From assembly GCF_009914755.1 (NCBI RefSeq), contig NC_060927.1: 64,000 nt of DNA. One strand, 5' to 3'. The notes beneath the pieces are model-generated. The model saw nothing but the letters and a program-made list of their open reading frames with translations, was not told the origin of the DNA and ran no database searches. A program made the position numbers and the translations under genes. Source of the DNA: the human T2T-CHM13v2.0 reference genome, Homo sapiens. Positions 1 through 13,963 of the stretch are shown one piece after another. The first letter of the stretch is position 1. The number at the start of each line of letters is the position of its first letter.

Positions 1-29
1 AAAAGAAAGAAAGAAAGAAAAAAGAAAGA

Positions 30-370
30 AACAATCCAAATTTTCATTAAATAATGAATAAACAAAATGTGATATATCCATACAATGGTATATTATTCAA
101 CCATAAAAAGGAATAAAGTACATATACATACTATGACATGGATGAACGTATATGATTCCACTCCCATGAAAAGCATACAGACAGAAGCTTATTAGTGGCT
201 GCTAGATGCCAGGGAAAAAGTGGAATGGGTATGTGGTTTCTTTTTGGGGTGAAGAAAATGTCCTGCAATTAGATAGAGGTGTTAGTTGCACATCCTGTGA
301 AAACCTCAAAACCACTGAATTATACACTTTAGAAGTGTGAATTTTATATGTGAATACCTGAATTTTTAAA
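30..370 (+). mobile_element. Old L1M 3' UTR fragment
   Basis: tgaataaacaaaatgtgatatatccatacaatgg...gacatggatgaac...ccactgaattatacacttt. Confidence 0.7.
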
Positions 371-532
371 AATGGAAACATAGACACAATAATTCAAACC
401 ATAAAAAGGCATAAAATCATAGTCTCTCTCCCATTGAGCTTGAGGTTTTCTTCCTTCAATAACCATTGTTAAACCATTTCCTATGTATCTTTCAAAGAAA
501 AATTATGTATGTACTTTTTCTAACATAAATTA

Positions 533-646
<114 letters not shown>

Positions 647-648
647 TC

Positions 649-679
<31 letters not shown>

Positions 680-1028
680 ATATTCTGTTCTGTTCTCACT
701 GCTTTACACACTGCTTTTTTCCTTAAGATCTTGAAGATCATAGTATTTCAGTACATGATCTATTCATTAATTCTAAAGATGCTTTGAACTTTCCTGCTTC
801 TTCCCTTGCTCATGCTTAAGAACTGATTCACCATTTATGCGCCTATCAAATTCCATCCAGCAGGGGAAATAAGTGATTTCTATTGCCTCTTTTTGTAATT
901 TTTCCTCAATAAATATTGTGTATAATTTCTTAATTATATAAGCTGAAATTTTAAATTATGCAACCCTTAAGGTTCAAATCAATTTTCACCTTCCACCAGA
1001 AATTTTCACTTAGTCTCTGGACCACTGA

Positions 1029-1226
<198 letters not shown>

Positions 1227-2413
1227 TAGAGACGGAGTTTCGCCATGTTGGCCAGGCTGGTCTCGGACTCCTGACCTCAAGTGATCCACCCACCTCAGCC
1301 TCCCAAAGTGCTGGGACTACAGGCATGAGCCAGCACACCTGGCCGACTATATGCTCTTACTTGTCTCTTCAGTTAAATTCTGGAGAGCAGGGATTCTCAT
1401 GTCTTCATCTACTGATTAACATAATAGAATCCTTTGTGCATGTTAGGTACTTATTATGGCCTATGCAAATGGTCCCAGTGCTCCTATTATAATAGGTACC
1501 AACAAAAATTTAATGATGCTACCCTCATACTGATCCTGTATTACTTACAAAGGACGCTTAAGGTTAGGTAGGAATTCACTAAATGAGTAATACAGATAGA
1601 ATTCAAATAAACTAGACCAAAAGAGTAATTATTTCATTATTTCAGAAAAACTCAATAAATAATTACAATTGCTAACTTTATCAAGTGTTTTCCTTGTGCC
1701 AGGCACTGTATTGTATCAATTAATCCTCACAATACACTAGAAATGAGAACTATTATCATCTCACTTCATCTGCCCATGGCTATAAACTATTATCAGTTAG
1801 AAACCCTACCTTCAGGAAATCCAACTTTATGTCATTGACATAGGTCACGCTGGTCTTTTGTCCAAACAGAAGCAAGTATCTACTGTGCATTCCACAGGAC
1901 GGTAAAGCATTTTGCCAACTAAAGGATCACAAAAATGCTAAAAGCAGTTCATACAACTCAGAAAATAGCCCTGGGTACTATTATTACACTGAGTATTAGC
2001 ATGTAAACAGGAACACTTTGAGAAATGAGGTAAACTATTACTACCAAGAATTTAAGAATTTTAGTTCAAGCTACCGCTAGCATTTCACATCTTCTTTGCT
2101 TCAGTTTCCCTAAATAGTAAACAACACAGTATAGTGGGGGGAAATTAGGCTTCAGAATCAAAAGGACCAGGGTTCAAATCCTGGCTTATTAAGCAAGTGA
2201 TATGGGGCAAGTTACCTCTTTAAGTTCCAGTTCCCTTATTTAAAAAGTGTTTAGCTCATGCCTGTAATTTCAGCACTTTGGGAGGCCGCAGCGGGTGGAT
2301 CACAAGGTCAGGAGTTCAAGACCAGTCTAGCCAAGATGGTGAAACCCCATCTCTACTAAAAATACAAAAATTAGCCCGGTGTGGTGGTGGGCACCTGTAA
2401 TCCCAGCTACTCA

Positions 2414-2542
<129 letters not shown>

Positions 2543-2545
2543 TTA

Positions 2546-2929
<384 letters not shown>

Positions 2930-3297
2930 TCACTTGAGGCCAGGAGTTCAAGACCAGTCTGGGCAACACAGCAAAACCCTGTTTCTACAAAAAAACAAAA
3001 AAGTAGCCAGGCATGTTGGTACACACCTGTAGTCCAGCTACTTGACAGGCTGAGGTGAGAGAATTGCTTGAGCCTGGGAGGTCCAGGCTGCAGTGCACTG
3101 TAGCCTGGTGACACAGCATGACCCTGTCTCAAATAAATAAATAAAGTCCAAATATTACTTAATAATTAGTGACGGAAAGGAATAAATGAGGCTGGGTACA
3201 ATGGCTCATGCCTGGGATCTCAACACTTTGGGAGGTGGAGGCAGGAGGTTCCCTTGAGTCCAGGAGTTCAAGATCACACTGGGCAACACAAAAATAA

Positions 3298-3636
<339 letters not shown>

Positions 3637-3736
3637 TAGAAACTAAAAGTATCATTAAAAAAAATTGTTTATTTATTTTAAAATAATAACCTATTACTCA
3701 TTAACATATTCAATTTTTATGAAAAGTAACTATATT

Positions 3737-3979
3737 CAGGTTGAGTATTCCTTATCCAAAATGCTTGGTGGGATCAGAAGTGTTTTGGATCTCAGATCTT
3801 TTCAGATTCTAGAATATTTGAATTATACTTACTCAGTTGGACATCCCAAATCCAAAAACCTGAAATCCAAAATGCTCCAATGAGCATTTCCTTTAAAAAG
3901 CATCATGTCAGTACTCAGAAAGTTTCAGGTTTTGGAGCGTCTCAGATTTTGAATGTTTAGATTAGGAACACACAACCTG
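3737..3979 (+). mobile_element. Tigger4a/MER46A-type MITE nested in a Charlie1-like hAT fragment (~3590-4295)
   Basis: Terminal inverted repeats caggttgag...caacctg followed by TA, and the internal aaatccaaaatgctccaatgagcatttcc signature. Confidence 0.8.
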
Positions 3980-4801
3980 TATTCCTAAACAAAACAAAAA
4001 CCTTACTAAGATGGCATTGTTTACATGTTTGCAAATATCTTTAATGTCTGATTTAACAGAAATAACTAGATTCTCATATCTGCTTCAGCATTCATTCTTT
4101 TTTTTTAAAAAAAAATTTGTTTTTCTTTAATGTTTGCTCTTGGCAGAATCATTCTATGTTCATTCTATTGCAATATGTTGTTCTGGTTGAAGAACATGAA
4201 GAAAAGCCATACATAGTTTGAAAACATCCTATAAATCCCCTGAAACGGTCTCAGAGATGCCCAGAAGTCCTCAGACCACATTTTGACAACAGCTGGTTTA
4301 CAAGAAAAACAGAAAAGTTTATATAAAGAGAAAATTAAAAAACATACTCCAAACATGCCTACACATAATGATCCTCTGGAACTGATTCTGATTAAGCAGA
4401 TGGGTGAGCCCCAGAATCCTCATATGTAACAAATGCCCCAGATGATTCTTATGATAAGAAGAACAAAATAAATAGAATCCCAATAATACAAAAATAGCCT
4501 AAATTTACCAAGATATAAATGTTTAGCCTCATTTTCAATAAGCATTAACAGATATTTCCATATCCCAGGTAAAACAGAACATAATCCTTTATTTCAAAGT
4601 TACATAATGGTGTAGAATTTTCAGGCACATATACCCTTGGCTCTCAAACAGCTCAAAGTTACTAAAGTTTATATCATAAAACCCAAGCTTAGAAATCTTT
4701 CAAAATAAATCTTTGATTACATAAGATTATAACTGCTCTCAGGTAAGGCAGTAAATGCTTGTTGCCTTCCAATACCATTCTTCCTTCTCCTTTTATTAAT
4801 A

Positions 4802-6019
4802 TAGGCATACCTTGTTTTATTGTGCATCATTTTATTGTGCTTTGCAGTTACCAGTTTCTACAAATTACAGGTTTGTGGCAAGCCTACATTAAGCAAGTCT
4901 ATCAGCATCATTTTTCCAACAATGTGTTCACTTTGTGTCTCTGTGTTACACTTTGGTAATTCTCACAATATTTCAAACTTTTTTGTTACTATTGTATCTG
5001 TTACAGTGGTCTGTGATAAGTTATCTTTGATGTTACTATTGTAATTGTTTGGGGGCACCACAAACCATGCCCATATAAGATGGCAAATTTAATCAATAAA
5101 TACATGTGTTCTGACAGCTCCACTGACGAGCCATTACCCCATCTCTCTCCCTCTCCTCAGGCCTCCCTATTCCGTAAGACACAACAATATTTGCAACTGG
5201 GGCAATGAATAACTCTATAATGGCCTCTAAGTGTTCAAGTAAAAGGAAGAGTCACACATCTCTCACTTTAAATCAAAAGCTAGAAATGATTTAAGTTTAA
5301 TGAGGAAAGCATGTCAAAAGCTGAGACAGGCCAAAAGCTAGGCCTCTTGGACCAAACAGCCAACTTGTGAATGCAAAGGAAAAGTTCTTTTTTTCTTTCT
5401 TTTTTTCTATGCAACAGGGTCTCACCACGTTGCCCAGTCTGGTCTTGAACTCCTGGGCTCAAGGAATCCTCCTGCCTCAGCCTCCCAAAGCGCTGAGAAT
5501 ACAGGCCTGAGACACCACACCCAGCCAAAGGAAAAGTTCTTGAAGGAAATTAAAAATGCTACTCCAGTGAACACATCAATGATAAGAAAGTGAAACAGCC
5601 TTACTGCTAATGTGGAGAAAGTCTGAGTGGTCTGGATAGAAGAGCAAACCAGCTAGAACATTCCCTAAGCCAAAGCCTAATTCAGAGCAAGAGCGCAACT
5701 CTTTTCAATTCTGTTACGGCTGAGAGAGGTGATGAATCCGCAGAAGAAAAGTTGGAAGCTAGCAGGAGTTGGTTCATGAGGTTTAAGGAAAGAAGCTGTC
5801 TCCATAACATAAAAGTGCAAGGTGAAGCAGCAAGGACTGATAGAGAGCTGCAGCAAGTTATCCAGAAAATCTAAGAGAAAAGATGAAGGTGGCTACACTA
5901 AATAACGGATTTTCATTGTAGATGAAATAGCCTTCTGTTGGAAGACTATGCCCTCTAAGACTTTCATAGCTAGAGAAAAGTCAATACCTGGCTTCAAAGT
6001 TTCAAAGGATAGGATGACA
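4802..6019 (+). mobile_element. Tigger1 (TcMar-Tigger) 5' ~1.1 kb with a decayed transposase start, split by a FLAM
   Basis: Begins aggcataccttgttttattg (Tigger1 terminus). ATG at 5220 reads MASKCSSKRKSHTSLTLNQKLEMI before a frameshift, and [12 protein letters not shown]-like residues follow. Confidence 0.9.
5390..5526 (-). mobile_element. FLAM (free left Alu monomer) inside Tigger1
   Basis: Alu left-monomer sequence bounded by the TSD caaaggaaaagttctt (5374-5389 and 5526-5541). Confidence 0.85.
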
Positions 6020-6280
6020 GCCAGGTGTGGTCGCTCATGTCTGTAATCCTAGCACTTTAGGAGGTGGAGGCACGAGGATCCCTTGAAGCCAGGAATTTGA
6101 GACCAGCCTGGACAACAAAGCAAGACCCCATCTCTACAAAAAATTTAAAAATTAGCCTGGTGCATAAGCATATGCCTGCAGTATCAGCTACCAGGGAAGC
6201 TGAGACAGAAGGATCACCTGAGCCGAGAGTTCAAGGCTTCAGTAAGCCATGATTGCATCACTGCACTCCAGCCTGGGTGA

Positions 6281-6712
<432 letters not shown>

Positions 6713-8431
6713 TAAAAGCAGACTCACAGTAGACATGTTTAGGAGACTGCTGCCCAGACTATGCTTTGGAAGTGTCCCTCCTATTGCAGGGGTGAGCCTA
6801 AGTGACTGCTACTGCTAGCGAAACCTTGTCTCCTAACCACAAGTGAACAAAATGGGACACCTGTCCCATGCTGAGCCAATCAGATACTCCAATATTAAGC
6901 TTCAGCCTCATTCCAGAAAAAGAGTTTGGCTAAAATTAGTACCATGGAAACCCAAAGTCAAGCAGAGTAACGGGGGAGCAGAAACTGAGGCCACTGCAGC
7001 ACAAACCAGCTTCAGCATGGAGAAAAGAACAGACATGCAAAGACCAAAGACAAAAAAAAACACACAGCTCCAGAGACAAAGGCCTGGGGCTTTCCAAATC
7101 CCACAGGTTCATCCTTGCTTCCCACACACTTGGATTCCAAAAGACTGCCTGGAATCCTTACAATCACTGTCCCTTTACTTAAGTTTATTTGAGGTTTCTG
7201 TTCCTAACAATCAAGTTAATCCTTGACAGATACAAAATTATATAAAGAAAAAAAGTATTAACAAAAATGCCGAATATTAATAGCAGTTGCCTCTTAGTAG
7301 AATTAAGAGTGATATTTTCTAGTGTTTATAATTTTTCTTTTTTTTTGAGACAAAGTCTTGCTGTGTCGCCAGGCTGGAGTGCAGTGGCCCGATCTTACTG
7401 CAACCTCCACCTCCCAGGTTCAAGCGATTCTCCTGCCTCACCCTCCCGAGTAGCTGGGACTACAGGTGTATGCCACTGCGCCCAGCTGATTTTTGTATTT
7501 TTAGTAGAGACGGGGTTTCACCGTGTTGGCCAGGGTGGTCTCGATCTCTTGACCTCGTGATCTGCCCGCCTCGGCCTCCCAAAGTGCTGGAATTACAGGC
7601 ATGAGCCGCCATGCCCGGCCTAGTGTTTATGATTTCTTTACTTGCCAAGTTTTCAGCAATGAGTATGTTATTATTCACTCAGAAAAAAAAAAAAAACTTG
7701 AATAAATAAGGTAATTCTGTATTCGGATAATTAAGGCTTTACTAAATAATTGGTAATTTCAAAGCTAAAAGTGAGGTACAGTATATCAAACCCAGGAGGT
7801 TTCAAACCTTGTTCCAGAGGACACTTTGATTCTGTGGTAATGCCTCCAGAGCCACTTCAGGGGAAAAGAAGCTCAGCACACCCCCTGCAGTCAACACCTT
7901 GTTCAGTTTCTTCCTAGCTCAAAGACCTCCTTAACCCCCTTCACTTAGGACAGGGCCTTAAAAGACATTTTATGCAAGGTGAACCACTCCCCCTTCTACT
8001 CAGGGCTTTAGCCAATTGTATCAGAGTAGGAACCTGCCCCAAACCAGGCCAGATTATCTTCCTCTGGCTTTGGAAGTGAGTTAAAGATTCACTCTTTTTC
8101 ACTGAAGTGGCTAAAAACGTTAGCTTCTCACCTTAAAGATCAGAGAAGGGCTGGGCATGGTGGCTCAACACCTATAATCCCAGCACTTTGGAAGACAGAG
8201 GCAGCAGGACAGTTTGAGGCTACAAGTTTGAGACCAGCCTGGGCAACATAGCAAGACCCTGTCCCCACAAAAAAAATTAAAAATAGCCGGGTGTAGTGGT
8301 GCATGTCTGTATTCATAGATACTCAGGAGGATCCCTCGAGTTTAGGAGTTCGAGGTTGTAGTGAGTTATGATCATGCCACTGCACTCCAATCTGAGGCAG
8401 ACCATGTCTCTAAGGAAAAAAAAAAAAAAAA

Positions 8432-9069
<638 letters not shown>

Positions 9070-10336
9070 TCAGAGAAGGGGAAGAAGGCAGTTTGCAGGG
9101 AACATGAAATATAAACAAGATCTGCACACAAAAAAAGAGCAAAACCAAGAGGTTTCCCTGGTTCTGAACTCTAGCCATTTTCTGAAGCCCTACTAGGTTT
9201 ATGTCTTAAATAGCTGGAAACCACATATATGGAACCACATACATGATTTCATCTTACTCAGCCTTTTCCTAGTGGAAAATTCACAATGTTCATATTTTTA
9301 AAAGATCCAGGAAGCAAAAGGTTAAGAACTCCTGACCTAGAAAAAACTCTATACAGTGGCATACACTATGGAAAATGAAATTCAAAATAAGTCCTTTAAT
9401 AATTCACATTTTTGCAGCATCTCAAATATATTTTCTGTTTATTTGGTCAAAAAACATATTCACGTTATAAAGAATGTCCCAAATAATGAGAATCCAAAAG
9501 AATCTCCTTTAGCTATTTAAAAACACAATCAACTACAACAACCCATTCTTATGCTTTCTGGTTAAATTGTATCTTGCTGTACATATAACTTCAGGTTAAC
9601 ATGGCAAGGTGAATAATAAATGGCTTATAAATCTCTTACTCAAAATCTTTGGGAACTGTTTTTCTTACTTTAATAAGATAAAGAATTGCTCACATATTCA
9701 CCTATTCTATCAAAAGTATTTATAGAATGCCACTAGGTGCCAGGCACTGCATTTGGCCTTATCAGCTACTATGATTAATTCTTGGTTCTCCTCTAAATTA
9801 TTGCCTCAATCTACAAATACAGATTAGAGCACATCCTATTTGTATGCTCCACAACTAACATAATGCCTGGTTCTTAGTGGAAACTTAATGTCGCTGAACT
9901 GTGTTATAATAAAACATCCAGAAGGCAGGCCGAATACGAAAGCAGTAGCTTCGCATTAAGAAAACTACCCCTAGCCAATTTTCTTAGTCAACCAGGCCAC
10001 TACAGTATTAATGAAATCGAAATCTGTCACCAATACCAAAAAAAAAAAAAAAAAAAAAAAACCAAAACCAAAACGTCTAAACAAACGCCCTTCTGATAAC
10101 AATTTCCTTGGACACATGAAAGCAAGCAATTCCTTATGCTAAAAAGACCTTCAACAACGTCAAGAATAGATGTTTCTAAAGCCTTTCGGTAAGGGGCCAT
10201 ACATAAGAATGGAAAAGTTGACTGATTGACAAGCAAATGATGTTCCCTATATTCATCTTGACAGTAGTTTCACACCAACTGTTCCAGAGGCAACATAAAA
10301 AAAAATAACAGAAATGAGGCCGGGCACGGTGGCTCA

Positions 10337-10704
<368 letters not shown>

Positions 10705-11149
10705 TTACTGCAAATGACTAAAACAATCTGAGCCTTAAAACTTGGTTGTGCAAGTTCGGCTACTAGAGTTCATCATCTGTTATGGGCATTGTTCTTGAAA
10801 AAGTACCAAACAAACATCCTGCCTGCGGGCTTCTCCGGGTGGGTGCTACTAACCCTTTTAGTTAATTCTGTGACTCTGCGTTTAAAAGAAATAAAGAAAG
10901 AACAGGATGAACATCAACAAGTATTTAGGAGGGGCCTAGAGAGAACTTTTCACCCCTAGCCGCAGCCCAAGATCCTCCCACGGGAAGTGCCGTAGGACCG
11001 CAGCCCGAAAGAGCGCGGGAGGGGAGACTGGCCACGCCCGGATGCGCCGCGGACAGGGTCCTGGCCGGTCAGCCCGCGGGCCGCTGGCTTTGCTGCAGCC
11101 GCCCCGGCGCAGGGGAGGAGCGCCGAGAAAGGGCGGGGCCGGGCCTCAC

Positions 11150-11386
11150 CTCCACGGCCTGGCCCAGCTCCAGGTCGAAGCCCACCACACACACGCAGTG
11201 CAGCCAGGCGGAGAAGCTGTCCCAGCGCAGCAGGCCCCGGCCACGGCCATCGTCCTCTTCATCGTCCTCTGGCGCGCCTCCCGCCGCCACAAGGGCCGGC
11301 GCCTCGCGGCCCTCGGCCCCTGCCACCGCTTCGTCCAACGGCCTTCGAGAGCCGGGCCCCAAGCCCGCAGGGCCCCTCAAAGCCAT
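11150..11386 (-). CDS. DENND6A: DENND6A (FAM116A) coding exon 1, N-terminal 79 aa of a DENN-domain Rab GEF
   Basis: ATG at 11386 (minus) reads [79 protein letters not shown], matching the remembered DENND6A N-terminus and the uDENN '[11 protein letters not shown]' motif. 237 nt (79 codons) end at a canonical donor GAG|GTGAGG, with GT at 11149-11148. Confidence 0.96.
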
Positions 11387-11512
11387 CGGCCGCCCCCTGA
11401 CCGTTCGCGCCGCCTCCACAGCGGACCGCGCCGCAGAGCGCGCTTGCCTCCGCGCAGGCGCAGACGCTGCTGTCGCAGCCGCTGGGGACCCACTCAGTCC
11501 GGGCGGGGCTGC

Positions 11513-11526
11513 GGGTCACGTGACCC
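11513..11526. promoter_or_regulatory. Perfect palindrome GGGTCACGTGACCC containing the CLEAR/USF E-box GTCACGTGAC
   Basis: Read directly. It matches the CLEAR consensus bound by MiT/TFE factors and USF1/2, and lies ~130 bp upstream of the ATG. Confidence 0.8.
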
Positions 11527-12039
11527 TGGGAGCGGACGTGGGGACGTCACGCTGCCGCTTGTCTCGGATTGTGAAGCCGGTCCTGGCTTCCTTGTCTAAA
11601 AGCTCTTTGGGACTGAAATGGCTGTTTATGAATCCTTGTCAACCTCGTTCGCAGTCAACGACCAGGGAATAAATTATTCGTGGAATGACACAGTTCATAA
11701 TTATTATAAGGTATTATTAAATTATGAAAGCGTAGGCCGGGCGCGGTGGTTCACACCTGTAATCACAGCATTTTGGGAGGCCGATGCGGGCGGATCATCA
11801 GGTCAGGAGTTCGAGACCAGCCTGACCAACATGGTGAAACCCCGTCTCTACTAAAAATACGAAAAAATTAGCCAGGCGTGGTGGAGCGCGCCTGTGATCC
11901 CAGCTACTCAGGAGGCTGAGGCAGGAGAATCGCTTGAACCCAGGAGGTTACAGTTAGCTGAGATTGCGCCACTGTATTCTGTCTACCCTGGGCGACAGAG
12001 CGAGATTCCGTCTCAAAAAAATAAAAATAAAATATATGA

Positions 12040-12300
12040 ACGCATAATGGTGACGGTGGCTAACATTGAACGCTTACTTTGTGCCAGTTGATATGCCAAG
12101 TACAAGTGCGAATACTTACAAATATTACCTTATTGAATCTTCACATAATCGCAAATAAGTAGACTATTTATTTCTTTTTACAGATAAGGAAATGGAGGTC
12201 CTGGAGGTTACATGACTAGCCCAACAAGTATGACAACTCCGATATCGGCTTGCGGTTCACTCATTCAGTTTGCTGATTCAGAGATCTGTGCATTCACTCA
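12040..12300 (-). mobile_element. MIR (other MIRs at ~1675-1790, 2130-2250, 13150-13300, 46745-46860, 57045-57250, 57650-57800)
   Basis: tgaatcttcacataa...ttttacagataaggaaatggagg...gaggttacatgact core. Confidence 0.65.
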
Positions 12301-12622
12301 CCTGTTCCTTCTCCAGCAAGGCCTCCCCACCCTACCACCTCCTCCTTTCTTAGTTTGGCTGTCTGTGACTCACTCAACACACATCCCCAGACCTTTCTGG
12401 AACTCCAGGTTGGGCAGATTGGCCTCCACAGCAACCTGTGGATCTCTGAACACTGGGGCAAGGGCCTGGTCTCAAGCAGCTTCGTATTCTGAGATCAGTT
12501 TTTACTGAGTATTGGACCAGCCAGGATACTAACTAGTATTTATTCAGCACCTACTATGTTGAGTATAAATAGCATAGTAAAAGTAGGAAACACACAATAA
12601 TACCTCAACAGAAAAATGAGTA

Positions 12623-12810
12623 AACCAGCGAGGTGTCACGCCTGTAGTCCCAGGTTCTTGGGAAGCTGAGGCCGGCTAAGTTCAAGGAGGATCGCTTGAG
12701 CAGGAGTTCCAGGCTGCAGCGCGCTATGATCGCGCCTGCGAACAGCCATTGCACTCCAGCCTGGGCAACAGAGCGCGACTGTGTCTCTAAAAAACAACGC
12801 AAAACAAAAA
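12623..12810 (+). mobile_element. FAM (fossil Alu monomer)
   Basis: Single monomer with the FAM-diagnostic gcgcgctatgatcgcgcctgcgaacagccattgcactccagcc segment. Confidence 0.75.
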
Positions 12811-13595
12811 ACACGGCAGAACTTAAGCATTTTGCTGCACTGCCCAGTGAAATCCATTCCATTTGACAAATACTGCCCTCTTAACATTCTTAGAATTTTT
12901 TTTTGGAGCAAGTGTTAGCGTCCCTGTTTTCAAGGAGGTGGTCAAGTATGCACAGACATCAGTAGTGACGTTTGCTGGAGACTTCCTTTAGACAAAAATG
13001 AACTTAGGGACAGCACTTAAGTTAGAGGCCAAGTCTTTGGCCAAAGTAGCCTGCCATCCTACTCCAGAGAACTGCTGTGGTTAAAAGAGGAAAAACTGTA
13101 TTCTGCGATCAAGTAAGGCTCTAAACCCAGTATTAGGAAAGAACAGTAGCCTTTTGTATTAGAAAGAACACTGGCGTGGAAGTCAAAAGTTCTGGATTCT
13201 AGTGCCAGCTAGAATCTACCACGATCGTGGTAGGCAAGCTGCTCCAAAACCCAGTTTCTGGTAAATGAGAGTGATGATTACTAACTCACCTCACTGACTG
13301 TTGGGAAAAGCTAAGCTATCCTAATGTACACATTTTACCAGATGCTACTTCATTATTAATTATTAATGATCTCAAAACACCAGTTGTGGCCAAGCACAGT
13401 GGGTCACACCTGTAATCCCAGCACGTTGGGAGGCTGAGGCGGTAGAATCACGTGAGTCCAGGAGTTTGAGACCAGCCTGGGCAACATAGGGAGGCCCCGT
13501 CTCTTAAAAAAAAATTAAAAATTAGCTGGGCATGGTGGCACACACCTATAATTCCAGCTACTTGAGAGGCTGAGATAGGAGAATCACTGGAACCC

Positions 13596-13963
13596 AGAAG
13601 GTCAAGGCTGCAATGAGCCATCACTGTGCTACTCTACTCCAGCCTGGGCAACACAGCAAGACCCTGTGTCAAAAACCAGCACCAAAAAAGAACATAAGTT
13701 GTTCCACAGGGCTGGTTCTTCGACACATAGACACAAACTGCGATTCTGTGAAGTGTTGCTTTATAATATTGGGTTAAGGAGAAGGTCAAGGCTGCAGTGA
13801 GCCATCACTGTGCCACTCTACTCCAGCCTGGGCAACACAGCAAGACCCTGTGTCAAAAACCAGCACCAAAAAAGAACATAAGTTGTTCCACAGGGCTGGT
13901 TCTTCGACGCATAGACACAAACTGCGATTCTGTGAAGTGTTGCTTTATAATATTGGGTTAAGG
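13596..13963. repeat. 184-bp head-to-tail tandem duplication (2 copies, 3 mismatches)
   Basis: Copy 1 is 13596-13779 and copy 2 is 13780-13963, compared base by base. Confidence 0.93.

Larger units (their letters stand above)
10950..11660. promoter_or_regulatory. CpG island and TATA-less, probably bidirectional DENND6A promoter
   Basis: Abrupt GC- and CpG-rich segment in an otherwise CpG-depleted window. Contains a GC box GGGCGGGG (11501-11508), an NRF1-like CGCGCAGGCGCA (11451-11462), an E-box palindrome (11513-11526), a CRE-like GACGTCA (11543-11549) and a YY1-like AAATGGC (~11616-11622). Confidence 0.9.

Noticed and set aside
5220-6019. Possible domesticated Tigger transposase (TIGD1-like)
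   Set aside because: Early frameshift, FLAM insertion and 3' truncation.
11069-11149. C-terminal part of ORF 11069..11419 ([10 protein letters not shown]...)
   Set aside because: Read-through past the GTGAGG donor into intron 1; not part of DENND6A.
11042-11599. 185-aa Arg/Pro-rich plus-strand ORF over the CpG island
   Set aside because: Antisense shadow of GC-rich exon 1 and promoter; low stop-codon frequency explains it and it has no recognisable domain.
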